Assembly: GCA_002269645.1 (NCBI GenBank)
Contig: NIVC01000926.1
Coordinates: 1-64,000 of the forward strand
Origin: Macrostomum lignano
Lineage: Eukaryota
Length of the DNA: 64,000 bases
Reading direction: 5' to 3'
Shown piece after piece: positions 51,101-61,691 of this stretch. How positions within the stretch are numbered: the stretch's first letter is position 1; the number at the start of each line of letters is the position of its first letter. The notes under the pieces are model-generated. The model did not search any database, had not been told where the DNA came from, and was given only the letters and a program-made list of their open reading frames with translations. A program made the translations under genes and the position numbers.

Positions 51101-53219
51101 GAGCTACAATGTCAAACATTAAAGAGCCACCATGTCAAACGTAAAAGAACCACCATGTCGAAAATTTAAGAGCTACAATGTCAAACATTAAAGAGCCACC
51201 ATGTCAAACATTAAAGAGCCACCATGTCAAACATAAAGGAGCCACTTTGTCGAACATTAAAGAACCACCATGTCAAACATTAAAGAGCCACCATGTCAAA
51301 TAATAAAGAGCCACAATGTCAAACATTTAAGAGCCACCATGAAAAAAATTTAAAGAGCCACCATGTCTAACATTAAAGAGCCACCATGTCCAACATTAAA
51401 GAGCCACCATGTCAAACATATATGTGACTCCATGTCAAACATTAAAGAGCCACCATGTCGAACATAAAAGAGCCACCATGTAAAACATTAAAGAGCCACC
51501 ATGTCGAACGTTAAAGAACCACCATGTCAAACATTAACGAGTCACCATGTCAAGCGTATACGTGACTCCATGTCAAACATTAAAGAGCCATCATTTCAGA
51601 CATTAAAGTGTCACCATGTCGAACATTAAAAAGCCACCATGTCCAACATTAAAGAGCCACCATGTCTAACATATATGTGACTCCATGTCGAACATTAAAG
51701 AGCCACCATATCGAACGTTAAAGAGCCACCATGTCGAACATAAAAGAGCCACCATGTAAAACATTAAAGAGCCACCATGTCAAACATTAACGAGTCACCA
51801 TGTCAAGCGTATACGTGACTCCATGTCAAACATTAAAGAGCCATCATTGCAGACAGTAAAGTGCCACCAGGTCAAAAATATTTGTGACTCCATGTCAAAC
51901 ATTAAAGAGCCATCATTGCAGACAGTAAAGTGCCACCAGGTCAAAAATATTTGTGACTCCATGTCAAACATTAAAGAGCCATCATGTCGAACATTAAAGA
52001 CCCACCATGTAAAACATAAAAGAGCCACCATGTCAAACATTAAAGAGCCACCATGTCAAACATAAAAGAGCCACCATGCCAAACATAAAAGAGCCACCAT
52101 GTCAAACATTAAAGAGCCACCATGTCAAACATAAAAGAGCCACCATGCCAAACATAAAAGAGCCACCATGTCAAACATAAAAGAGACAATTACAAACGTA
52201 AAAAGAAGCGTCATGCCAATCATAAAGAAGCCACCATAAAGCTAAGAAAATTGTTGCACTAGATACTTATTGTCTGGTGGATGCTTGCTATTTAAGGATA
52301 GATACTTGCTATCAATTGGATGCTTGCTATGGGGGGGTTGCTTGCTATCTGGGGGTGCTTGCTATCTGGGGGGGATGCTTGCATGCTGTCTTGGGATGTT
52401 TTCTTTTCGCATTGCTCTTCAATTGAGCAGTTTGTATATTGTCTTTGTGAAGGCTTTTTTTGGATGTGTTTTTGATCCGTGTAGAGAACAGAGATTCTAT
52501 CCAGATGTCCCCCATCGGGGGGCGAAGATTGCTAGTCCAATATACTAAAAATGGTCTGTCGGTATGTGTGTGTGTGTATGTGTGTGTGTGTGATCGATTT
52601 TAGCAAAAACGGCTCAACCGATTTTCTTCGAACTTGCACTGTTCGATCAGAAATTTTCCCGTGACAGTACATGCATCGTGGCTAAGAAATTGCTTGATGC
52701 TAAAGGGATTAAATATTCGAAAAACATGCTTTTTTGCAAAGGTCAAGCAGCTCTTTCGACTTGAAATGCATCGTAAGAATGTTAGCAGAAAAACTGACTG
52801 GTTGAATTCTGATTCTGAAATAGATTGCATCACAATACACTTTATTTATCGTCTGTGTACTGGCTGAATTTGACACTCAATTGAATTGCGTCACAGCTTT
52901 GAGTGTGAAAGCATAGCGCAGTACTGAATTTATATTACGTAACCATATTGTAAACTTTCATAGACACTGGTACTGACTTGCCTAAGAAATTGATTATGTC
53001 ATAACTGCTTCGTGAGACTTTTTACTCTACCTGACTTGGTGTGAGTGTTGAATTATATAAGTGGTACAACATCACTGATAACTTCGATGAGAGCTAGCCT
53101 AGAGCTGAACAGACCAGACTGCTAATGTAGCGACCTAGGTTCGAATCTAAGTAGTTTAAAAGTAGTAGTGTAAAATTTTTTATTAAAAGGTTTTATTAAA
53201 GGACTAAATAAAAACACTT

Positions 53220-55600
53220 AGATTACTGCACTCGATAAGCCAAGGATTATTGCTATTAATAAACCAAGGACTACTGCACTCGATAAACCAAGGACTATTG
53301 CTCTTGGCAAACCAAAGATTACTGCACTTGATTAATCAAGGATTATTGCTATTAATAAACCAAGGATTACGGCACTTGGAAAACCAAGGATTACTGCACT
53401 CGATAAACCAAGGACTATTGCTCTTGGCAAACCAAGGATTACTGCACTCAAGAAGCCAAGAATTATTGCACTTGGAAAACCAAGGATTAATGCACTCGAT
53501 AAACCAAGGACTATTGCTCTTGGCAAACCAAGGATTACTGCACTCAAGAAGCCAAGGATTATTGCTATTAATAAACCAAGGATTACTGCACTTGGAAAAC
53601 CAAGGATTACTGCACTCGATAAACCAAGGACTATTGCTCTTGGCAAACCAAGGATTACTGCACTCAAGAAGCCAAGGATTTTTGCACTTGGAAAACCAAG
53701 GATTACTGCACTCGATAAACCAAGGACTATTGCACTTGATAGGCCAAAGATTACTGCGCTTGATAAACCAAGGATTATTGCACTTGATAAACCAAGGATT
53801 ATTGCACTTGATAAGCCAAGGATTACTGCGCTTGATAAACCAATGATTATTGCACTTGATAAACAAAGGATTATTGCACTTGATAAACAAAGGATTATTG
53901 CACTTGATAAACAAAGGATTATTGCACTTGATAAACCAAGGATTATTGCACTTGATAAGCCAAGGATTATTGCACTTGATAAGTCATGGATTATTGCACT
54001 TGATAGTAAAGAATGTTGCACTTGATAAGCCAAGGATTAATGCACTGGATTATTCAAGGATTATTGATATTAATAAACCAAGGACTACTGCACTCGATAA
54101 ACCAAGGATTATTGCTCTTAATAAACCAAGGATTACTGCACTTGGAAAACTAAGGATTACTGCACTCGATAAACCAAAGACTATTGCACTTGATAAACCA
54201 AGGATTATTGCACTTGATAGGCCAAGGATTACTGCACTTGATAAACCAAGGATTATTGCACTTGATAGGCCAAAGATTACTGCGCTTGATAAACCAAGGA
54301 TTATTGCACTTGATAAGCCAAGGATTATTGCACTTGATAAACCAAGGATTATTGCAGTTGATAAGCCAAGGATTATTGCATCTGATAAACCAAAGATTAT
54401 TGCACTTGATAAACCAAGGATTATTGCACTTGATAAACCAAGGATTATTGCACTTGATAGGCCAAAGATTACTGCGCTTGATAAACCAAGGATTATTGCA
54501 CTTGATAAACCAAGGATTATTGCAGTTGATAAGCCAAGGATTATTGCATCTGATAAACCAAGGATTATTGCAGTTGATAAGCCAAGGATTATTGCATCAG
54601 ATAAACCAAGGATTATTGCACTTGATAAACCAAGGATTATTGCACTTGATAAACCAAGGATTATTGCACTTGATAAACCAAGGATTATTGCTCTTGGCAA
54701 ACCAAGGATTACTGCACTCGATAAGCCAAGGATTATTGCTCTTAATAAACCAAGGATTACTGCACTTGGAAAACTAAGGATTACTGCACTCGATAAACTA
54801 AGGATTATTGCTCTTGGCAAACCAAGGATTATTGCACTTGATAGGCCAAGGATTACTGCACTTGATAAACCAAGGATTATTGCACTTGATAAACCAAGGA
54901 TTATTGCACTTGATAAGCCAAGGATTATTGCACTTGATAGGCCAAGGATTACTGCGCTTGATAAACCAAGGACTATTGCACTTGATAAACCAAGGATTAT
55001 TGCAGTTGATAAGCCAAGGATTATTGCACTTGATAAACCAAGGATTATTGCACTTGATAAACCAAGGATTATTGCACTTGATAAACCAAGGATTATTGCA
55101 CTTGATAGGCCAAGGATTACTGCACTTGATAAACCAAGGATTATTGCACTTGATAGGCCAAAGATTACTGCGCTTGATAAACCAAGGATTATTGCAGTTG
55201 ATAAGCCAAGGATTATTGCACTTGATAAACCAAGGATTATTTCACTTGATAAACCAAGAATTATTGCACTTGATAAACAAATATTGCACTTGATAAACCA
55301 AGGATTATTGCACCTGATAAGCCAAGGATTACTGCGCTAGATAAACCAAGGATTATTGCACTTGATAAACCAAGGATTATTGCACTTGATAAGCCAAGGA
55401 TTATTGCACTTGATAAACCAAGGATTATTGCACTTGATAAACCAAGGATTATTGCACTTGATAAACCAAGGATTATTGCACTTGATAAGCCAAAGATTAC
55501 TGCACTTGATAAACCAAGGATTATTGCACTTGATAAACCAAGGATTATTGCACTTGATTAATCAAGGATTATTGCTATTAATAAACCAAGGATTATTGCA
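53220..55600. repeat. 24-bp minisatellite TTGCACTTGATAAACCAAGGATTA in Helitron unit 5
   Basis: Directly visible. The period is divisible by 3, which explains the DKPRIIAL ORFs. Confidence 0.95.
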
Positions 55601-56397
55601 CTAGCTGAGAAGCTGATTACTGCGCTGTCTAAAAAAGAGATTATTGCGCTCGCTGAGACGTGGATTGTTGCACAACCTGAGAAAGCGATTATTGCATTAG
55701 CGGAAGTAACATTTGCACTAGCTACTTGCTGTCTCGTGGATGCTTGCTCTCGAGGGGGATACTTGCTATTTGGGAGAGGGGGTACTGGCTACATGCATGG
55801 GATTCTTTCTATCCAGGGATGCTTGCTATTCAGGGATTCTTGCTATCTGCAGGATGCTTGCTATTTAGGGATTCTTGCTATCTGCAGGATGCTTGCTATC
55901 TGGGTGGATGCTTCTATAATATCTGGGGGGTGCTTGCTATCTGCAGGATGCTTCTATAATATCTGGGGGGCTTGATATCTGCAGAATGCTTGCTATCTGA
56001 GTGGATGCTTGCTATCTGGGTGGATGCTTCTATAATATCTGGGGGGTGCTTGCTAATCTGCAGATGCTTGCTATCTGTGGTGATTCTTGCTATGAGCATT
56101 AGAGGATGCTTGCTATCTGCGATTGTTCACTTTTGGAGGGGGTTGCTTGCTGTCTTGGGAATATTTTCTATTTAGTGAAACGATATTTTGTTGACTGTTT
56201 GTTAATTTTAGAGAAAAAGTGATTTTTTAATTTTGCAAACATCTTAGTCCGTGACAATTTTACACGAATAAGGTGATTTTTAAAATGTGAAGAAGGAATT
56301 AGTGTTTAAGAAAATGTGTTTTTTTATTGTTTTCCATGAACTATTTTTGCTCCTTTCTTATTGGGCGCCCCGAAGGGGGGCCGCACTAGATTGCTAG

Positions 56398-57309
56398 TCT
56401 AAACTGTTTTCGGAGGCAGTGAGAAATAGTTCACGCACCCCAGGTGTGCCCTTGAACAAAGAGATTCCTCCTCCAGACAAATTCGGTCAAACAGTAAACA
56501 GTGGTAGGGAGGCCAAGAGGCCCATTCGCTTGCGCAATGAAGGGCGCCGCGAATTAGTCATCCCCACTGTGCAGGCGAGGAAGAGAGGCAATGTGCGCCC
56601 GAATCCCACGCAACCCCCGCGTGATAGAGAGAGAAAGGGTACAGAACGACCTCCAGCCCACCCTCAGCCAACCAATCAGCGACCATGTCATGAATTTCAT
56701 TCTTTGAGCCAACAATTGACCCCTTATAATAGAAGGCAATTGAAATCTGAGCTCCCGCAAATCGATTCTTGCGCTCGCGCACCAAACCAGCCAAGAAAAT
56801 CAGTTAATCAGCCTAAGTCTCTCCGGAGCAATCCAAATACTCAATTATATTCGCCACACGAAGCTTTGTCTTCCACTGAAAGTGAGGACGAGCAACTTGC
56901 TCCAAACTATTTAATTACTTGGAGGGCTGATAGTGTAGTTGTTAGCACAGACGTAGATGAGCTACTTGAGGAACCAGGCGAAAGCGCCGATGAAGTAGTG
57001 CAGCCTGCGATTCCAGAGTCCGAACAGGCTCCAGATAGTATAGTAGCCCCAAGCGAAGCTCTAGAAGCTGCTAATGAGTTAGACAGCGAGTTCTCCGCTA
57101 CAGAAAGTATCGAGCAAGATTTGCATTACAATTTTCGCTACCCAGGCAAATCCTCAGCGCACTTGCTGATGGGTAAGCGGCAGTTAAAGAAGTTTTTAGA
57201 AGAGAAGGACAAGAAGGCGCGTAGACGCGACAAGCGTGGCCCACAGGACCCATCTATCTCCCGCATCAGGAATAGATTCGGTTGTCTTGATCCATGGGTC
57301 CCAATTTGA
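56398..57309 (+). CDS. C-terminal extension of the Gypsy integrase ORF beyond the Helitron array
   Basis: Joining 38764 to 56398 gives in-frame ...LQPNGK|SKLFSEAVRNSSRTPG..., continuing to the stop at 57309. Confidence 0.8.
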   Translation, partial: SKLFSEAVRNSSRTPGVPLNKEIPPPDKFGQTVNSGREAKRPIRLRNEGRRELVIPTVQARKRGNVRPNPTQPPRDRERKGTERPPAHPQPTNQRPCHEFHSLSQQLTPYNRRQLKSELPQIDSCARAPNQPRKSVNQPKSLRSNPNTQLYSPHEALSSTESEDEQLAPNYLITWRADSVVVSTDVDELLEEPGESADEVVQPAIPESEQAPDSIVAPSEALEAANELDSEFSATESIEQDLHYNFRYPGKSSAHLLMGKRQLKKFLEEKDKKARRRDKRGPQDPSISRIRNRFGCLDPWVPI

Positions 57310-57938
57310 TTCTTATTTGTTTGAACAGTGGTCCCTTTTGCACCTGCACCGCACAACCTATTTATTCGACATATTTATCCAAATATTTACCTATTCATTA
57401 TTATTCAGCTTCCTACTTGACATTATAATTGGCTAATTTGGTACTCTTGCTCATGTTTATTCAACTTGCTCCTAGTGTTCTTGACTAAATTATGGCTAAT
57501 TGGTAATCAAGGCCTGTTGGCCCCTCGTTTCTTTGCTGGCGTCATGATCTCAGATGGACCCCTTGGTCCGATGAGTCAGCCCAGCGCCCTTCTTTCTTTC
57601 GCTGGTGGCGTGATCTCAGGTGGGCCCTTTGGTCTGATGAGTCAGCCCCGCGCTTTGTCTGATTTAGTCTGACCCCTCTCCGCGAAGAGTGAGTTTGGGC
57701 CCCATGGTATAGGAGGCACGGCCGCCTTGTGCGCGAGCCAGACCTGAAGCTAATGGTCCCTGTCTTGCCAGGCCCTGGTCAGTACTGAAATTTATGAAAT
57801 TTGAAAATTATGTCCTCCAGTACAACAGCCACACAAGACACGAAGGTAGCGCATGTTTAATTAATGTTGTGCCAGAGCGGGAAAATGTATTTAGAATCCC
57901 GTCTCTAAGAATCAATAGTAATTTTATTTTTCTGACAG

Positions 57939-58523
57939 GATGACCGATTCGGCCGAGTCATCAACTCAAACAGTGGGCAGAGTCTGTCGGCTTTGCAACG
58001 ACGCAACGACGAAGATTCCAGCGAGATTCTTCAGGGCCTGCCCGGCCGGGTCAATGGCCGCATCAACTGAGCCTGGCTTCGGGCCACGGATCGCCTGCTC
58101 CGTAATGCCCAGGGCGACCGGCTCTGGCCGGCCGAGGGGCAGCTGTTGCGAAGCGACATTGGCTTCGATCTATGTCTACAGCCGGTGCAACTGGACGAGC
58201 TGTACCAGTTGAAGTTCCACCCGGGCAATCAGCACCCGACGGGCGACCCCATGGTACCATTGTTTGCTGCGGCTAAAGGATGGCTAGCCCTCCACTTGCG
58301 TCGCCTAGCGCTAGGGCTGGGTCACGGCGACGGCCTTCCGGCCCAAGTGCTGGAGTATTTACAAAGTGCCGACGTCGAGTACCGGCCGCGATTGTTGCGA
58401 GAAGCAGTAGAACTTTTCCGAGAGGAGATGCTCGGCACGACTATGTCCCCGTCGCGTCGGAGCGAGCGGGTTGTCGCCAAGCGGCTACGCAGCCTCGCCA
58501 TTGTCAGCGGCTGGACAGGCTGA
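57939..58523 (+). pseudogene. Possible degenerate GC-rich exon of an unidentified gene
   Basis: Follows a polypyrimidine-ag acceptor (57938). A single frame reads through with one TGA at 58068. Product not recognised. Confidence 0.25.
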
Positions 58524-58649
58524 GGGCTGCCCGACCTGTTCAGGCCGCCATTCAACATATGGAAGTAGGCGGAACTGTGCGGCTGGTCTGGACGGCAGTT
58601 ACCCGCTCTACTCCGCCCGAGTAGAATGCATGAGGGGGCTTCTGGGACA

Positions 58650-59050
58650 AAATTTTTCACTTCCTCCATAATCCCATTAAATCCATCCATATTATCCCTG
58701 ACAGAATCAGAAAAAAAGGGGGGTCGCACTCGCTCACAAAACTTCCTCCATAATCCCATTAAATCCATCCATATTATCCCTAACAGAATCAGAAAAAAGG
58801 GGGGTCGCACTTGCTCCGAAAACTTCGAACATAATCCTCCTAAATCCATCCATATTATCCCCGACAGAATCGGAGCATAACAGATGTCCTACTCGCTCAC
58901 AAAACGTCATCCATAATCCTCCTAAATCCATCCATATTATCCCAGAATCAGAAAAAAAGGGTCCCACTTGCTCTGAAAACTTCGAACATAATCCCTTACA
59001 GAATCAGAGCATAACAAGTGTCCTACAAAATCCACCGACATCCACCCATA
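58650..59050. repeat. ~82-bp tandem repeat, possibly Polinton subterminal repeats
   Basis: CATAATCCC(A/C)TTAAATCCATCCATATTATCCC..ACAGAATCAGAAAAAAAGGGGGGTCGCACT recurs 4-5 times, decaying to the right. Confidence 0.7.
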
Positions 59051-59187
59051 GCATCTTCGAAACAATCAGAAAATAATCTGCATTCTTCTCCCCACATTCA
59101 ATTCGCAACGCGAAACCAGATCCCTAAGGCTTTAAATCATCAGCGCAGGGTCCTCACCCTTTGAAAAAATCTAAATTTTCTCTAAAA

Positions 59188-59430
59188 ATGTTTCCAGCTG
59201 TCTCTCCAGGTTCTTATTACAAAGCGCACGAGCCTAATTACAAGAGTAAGTACCGATGCAAACTTGAATGCAGCGAATACATGAGAAAATATTGGCCCCG
59301 CGTTGATATCAATGTCCCTAATATTAATCTAGCTCTCCAAAGACACTGGTTTCATAAGTATGGAGTAACCTACGTAAAATATTACGACATCTACTATAAC
59401 TTTGCAGAAATCATTAAGCAATTGCGTTAA
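59188..59430 (+). CDS. Small hypothetical Polinton ORF
   Basis: 80-aa ORF starting at AAAAATG within the element. No recognisable motif. Confidence 0.35.
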   Translation: MFPAVSPGSYYKAHEPNYKSKYRCKLECSEYMRKYWPRVDINVPNINLALQRHWFHKYGVTYVKYYDIYYNFAEIIKQLR

Positions 59431-59662
59431 AAAACCGAAAGGCCAAAAAGCCAAAAGGCCAAAATCGTTTGCATTCTGGCCTTCCCTCGAGACTGAATTC
59501 TTCCCCGGCTGGGCTCAGTTAAAGTGAAAATCTCTCTCCCCCACGCGCGCTCTCTGTACCCCCAGCTCTTTCAGCAGTCTTCCTAGTTCCTCACTTGGCG
59601 CGTGCAAAATAAACCCTGCTCCGAGCGTCCGCCCTCTCTCCCCGTGCACCCGCCCTCTCTCC

Positions 59663-60040
59663 CTATGCACCCGCCCTCGCCGCCAACCCCAACCCCAACT
59701 TTGTCTTACCAAAAATAACAGCTTTAACTAGCTTCCGAGCGATCGATTCCTTCCACCCGCTTGAAGTCCCCATATTGTCTAATCTCCTAAGCATTTCTTT
59801 GTCCCAACGATTCTTCTCCTCTGGATAATCCCTATACTTAACGTCGTGCCACATGCAGACAGAGTCTAGCTCATTCACAGGCTCATGCCCAGGATTTGGA
59901 TTATTGTTTTTATCTAACTGTATTTCAAGCGGATTCAAAGGCCCACAATATTTGTACCCGGGAATTGTCCAGCCTTTGTTTGGATGAGAAAGCTTTTCTA
60001 TCAGTCCATGTGAATCTATTTTACCACCAAAGCGCTGCAT
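59663..60040 (-). CDS. Parvovirus-type phospholipase A2 domain protein
   Basis: PGYKYCGPLN (Ca-binding loop YxGP) and DSVCMWHDVKY (catalytic HD). Confidence 0.9.
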   Translation of the reverse strand: MQRFGGKIDSHGLIEKLSHPNKGWTIPGYKYCGPLNPLEIQLDKNNNPNPGHEPVNELDSVCMWHDVKYRDYPEEKNRWDKEMLRRLDNMGTSSGWKESIARKLVKAVIFGKTKLGLGLAARAGA

Positions 60041-60069
60041 TATTTTATTTAAAATTTTCTTTTTTAAAA

Positions 60070-61083
60070 ATGACAGATCAGAAACTTAAAAAACTCTACT
60101 ACAGCGACAAAGGATTCTTTGTAGGAAAAAATGCAGTCAACAAACTCGCAGAACTAAGTAAGGAACCAAAAGCTAAAGTAGAAAAGTGGCTCTCTAAGCA
60201 GGCTGTCTTTCAAGTCTATTTCCCACCTGTTCAATTTACAAGACCTCACTTTAATATCTATAAACCTAACGAGGCACAACAAGCAGACCTTTTGTTTCTC
60301 CCCAATGACTCAGGCTACAAGTATGCTCTCACAATTATAGACATTGCCTCCAGATATAAGGAAGCGAGACCACTTAAGACGAAGAAGTCAGAAGCAGTTG
60401 CAGCCGCACTCCAAGATATTTATAAAAACTCACCCCTTAGTTACCCTGAAACCTTTATGACCGACCCGGGTAAAGAATTCTATGGGGCAGTCAAATCCCT
60501 TATGGAAAAGAAAAATACAGAGATTCGCTACGGAAGAACTGAGCTCCACAGAGACCAGGCTTTTGTGGAAAGATTCAATCTAACTCTAGCCAAGAGGCTA
60601 TTCACTAAGCAGACAGCTGAAGAGCTGAAACTAAAAAGTGGTCAATACTATACTAAGTGGACTGAAAGACTCCCCACTGTTATAGAGCAACTGAACAATG
60701 AAGTCACGCGCATGACTGGATTGAAACCGTCCCATGCAATTAAACAAGACACTGTCGAACTTAAGGCATCTCATAGAACAGACAACAAGCACAACACAAA
60801 ACACACCTCAAACTACCCTAAGCTACCGGGAGTTGAATCACCATACATACTGACAAACTCTGAGTTTCTACGCTTTTTATATCTACCTGGAGAGCTAGAG
60901 AAGGACAACAATGAAGAGCTACAGATCCATACTTCAGCCTTGATGTACATAAAATAGACAGACATTTTACCTCCGACTCCGGTGACTATTACTTTTTATC
61001 TCAAGCCTTTAACCTAAAATCCCCCATGCGGTCATTCACTAGAGCTGAACTCCTAGTGATACCAGCTGACACAGAAATTAATT
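60070..61083 (+). CDS. Polinton retroviral-type integrase (frameshift ~60915)
   Basis: QADLLF, IDIASRY, TDPGKEF, VERFNLTL. The alternative frame continues RATDPYFSLDVHKID...RSFTRAELLVIP. Confidence 0.92.
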
Positions 61084-61101
61084 AAAATATTAAAATAAAA
61101 A

Positions 61102-61566
61102 ATGACAAAGATTGAAACTAGAACCTTCAATAAACTCAATAAAATCATTGACTCAAAGAAACCAGGTCTTATATCAATAAAAGGTGTCAAAGTAAAAATC
61201 GATCCAACACAGCAAATAGTTCAGTGTAATGAGCAAAGACACAGCATCACAGATGAAAAGTCAGGAGGAATCCTACCATTAGCAGCTCTTATCCCAATCA
61301 TTGCAGGCGCTGTAAGTGCCGCAGGTGGTGTAGCTGGAGGTGTAGCAACTGCTGTTAAAGCTGGGAATGATAGAGCCCACCAGCTTGAATTGCAAAAGAT
61401 TGCAAGAGACAAAGGTATAACAATTAAGGCAGGAGAGGGCTGCCCTGATTTTGATGATTGTGATGATCATGATGATTGTGAGCATCAAAATTCTGTAAGC
61501 AAGTCCGACATTGTCAAAGCCATCATGACACTGCACAATGCTGGGCTTACAATAATGCGCCTGTGA
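61102..61566 (+). CDS. Protein containing an adenovirus pX(mu)-like GG|ILP hydrophobic segment
   Basis: KSGGILPLAALIPIIAGAVSAAGGVAGGVATAV resembles the adenoviral pX segment RGGILPLLIPLIAAAIGAVPGIASVAL (comparison from memory). Confidence 0.65.
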   Translation: MTKIETRTFNKLNKIIDSKKPGLISIKGVKVKIDPTQQIVQCNEQRHSITDEKSGGILPLAALIPIIAGAVSAAGGVAGGVATAVKAGNDRAHQLELQKIARDKGITIKAGEGCPDFDDCDDHDDCEHQNSVSKSDIVKAIMTLHNAGLTIMRL

Positions 61567-61691
61567 TGAGGTTTAAAACCCCGCTTTATCCAGCTTCATA
61601 AACCTAACGCTACTGATAGGATGTAGAAACAGTTCAACTTTTTATCAGGGTGGTCACCCTCAAAAATATTTTTTTATTTTAGAGAGAAAAA

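Larger units (their letters stand above)
38765..56397 (+). mobile_element. Head-to-tail array of five non-autonomous Helitrons (17.6 kb)
   Basis: Inserted between A(38764) and T(56398). Units start with TC and end with hairpin + CTAG: 38765-42266, 42267-45631, 45632-49014, 49015-52535, 52536-56397. 3' hairpins are CCCC(C)ATCGGGGG (units 1-4) and CCCCGAAGGGG (unit 5), about 11 nt before CTAG. Confidence 0.88.

Noticed and set aside
39350-52200. CRISPR-like appearance of the 23-bp repeats
   Set aside because: The repeats are directly adjacent with no unique spacers, there are no cas genes, and the context is eukaryotic.
53250-55604. 496-aa DKPRIIAL-repeat ORF and its alternative frames
   Set aside because: A 24-bp minisatellite whose period is divisible by 3, inside a non-autonomous Helitron; no unique domain or other coding evidence.
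57560-57700. CTGATGAG hammerhead-like core
   Set aside because: No downstream GAAA core or stems I-III found.
57310-57938. 3' LTR of the plus-strand Gypsy
   Set aside because: No similarity to 33935-35495 could be seen.
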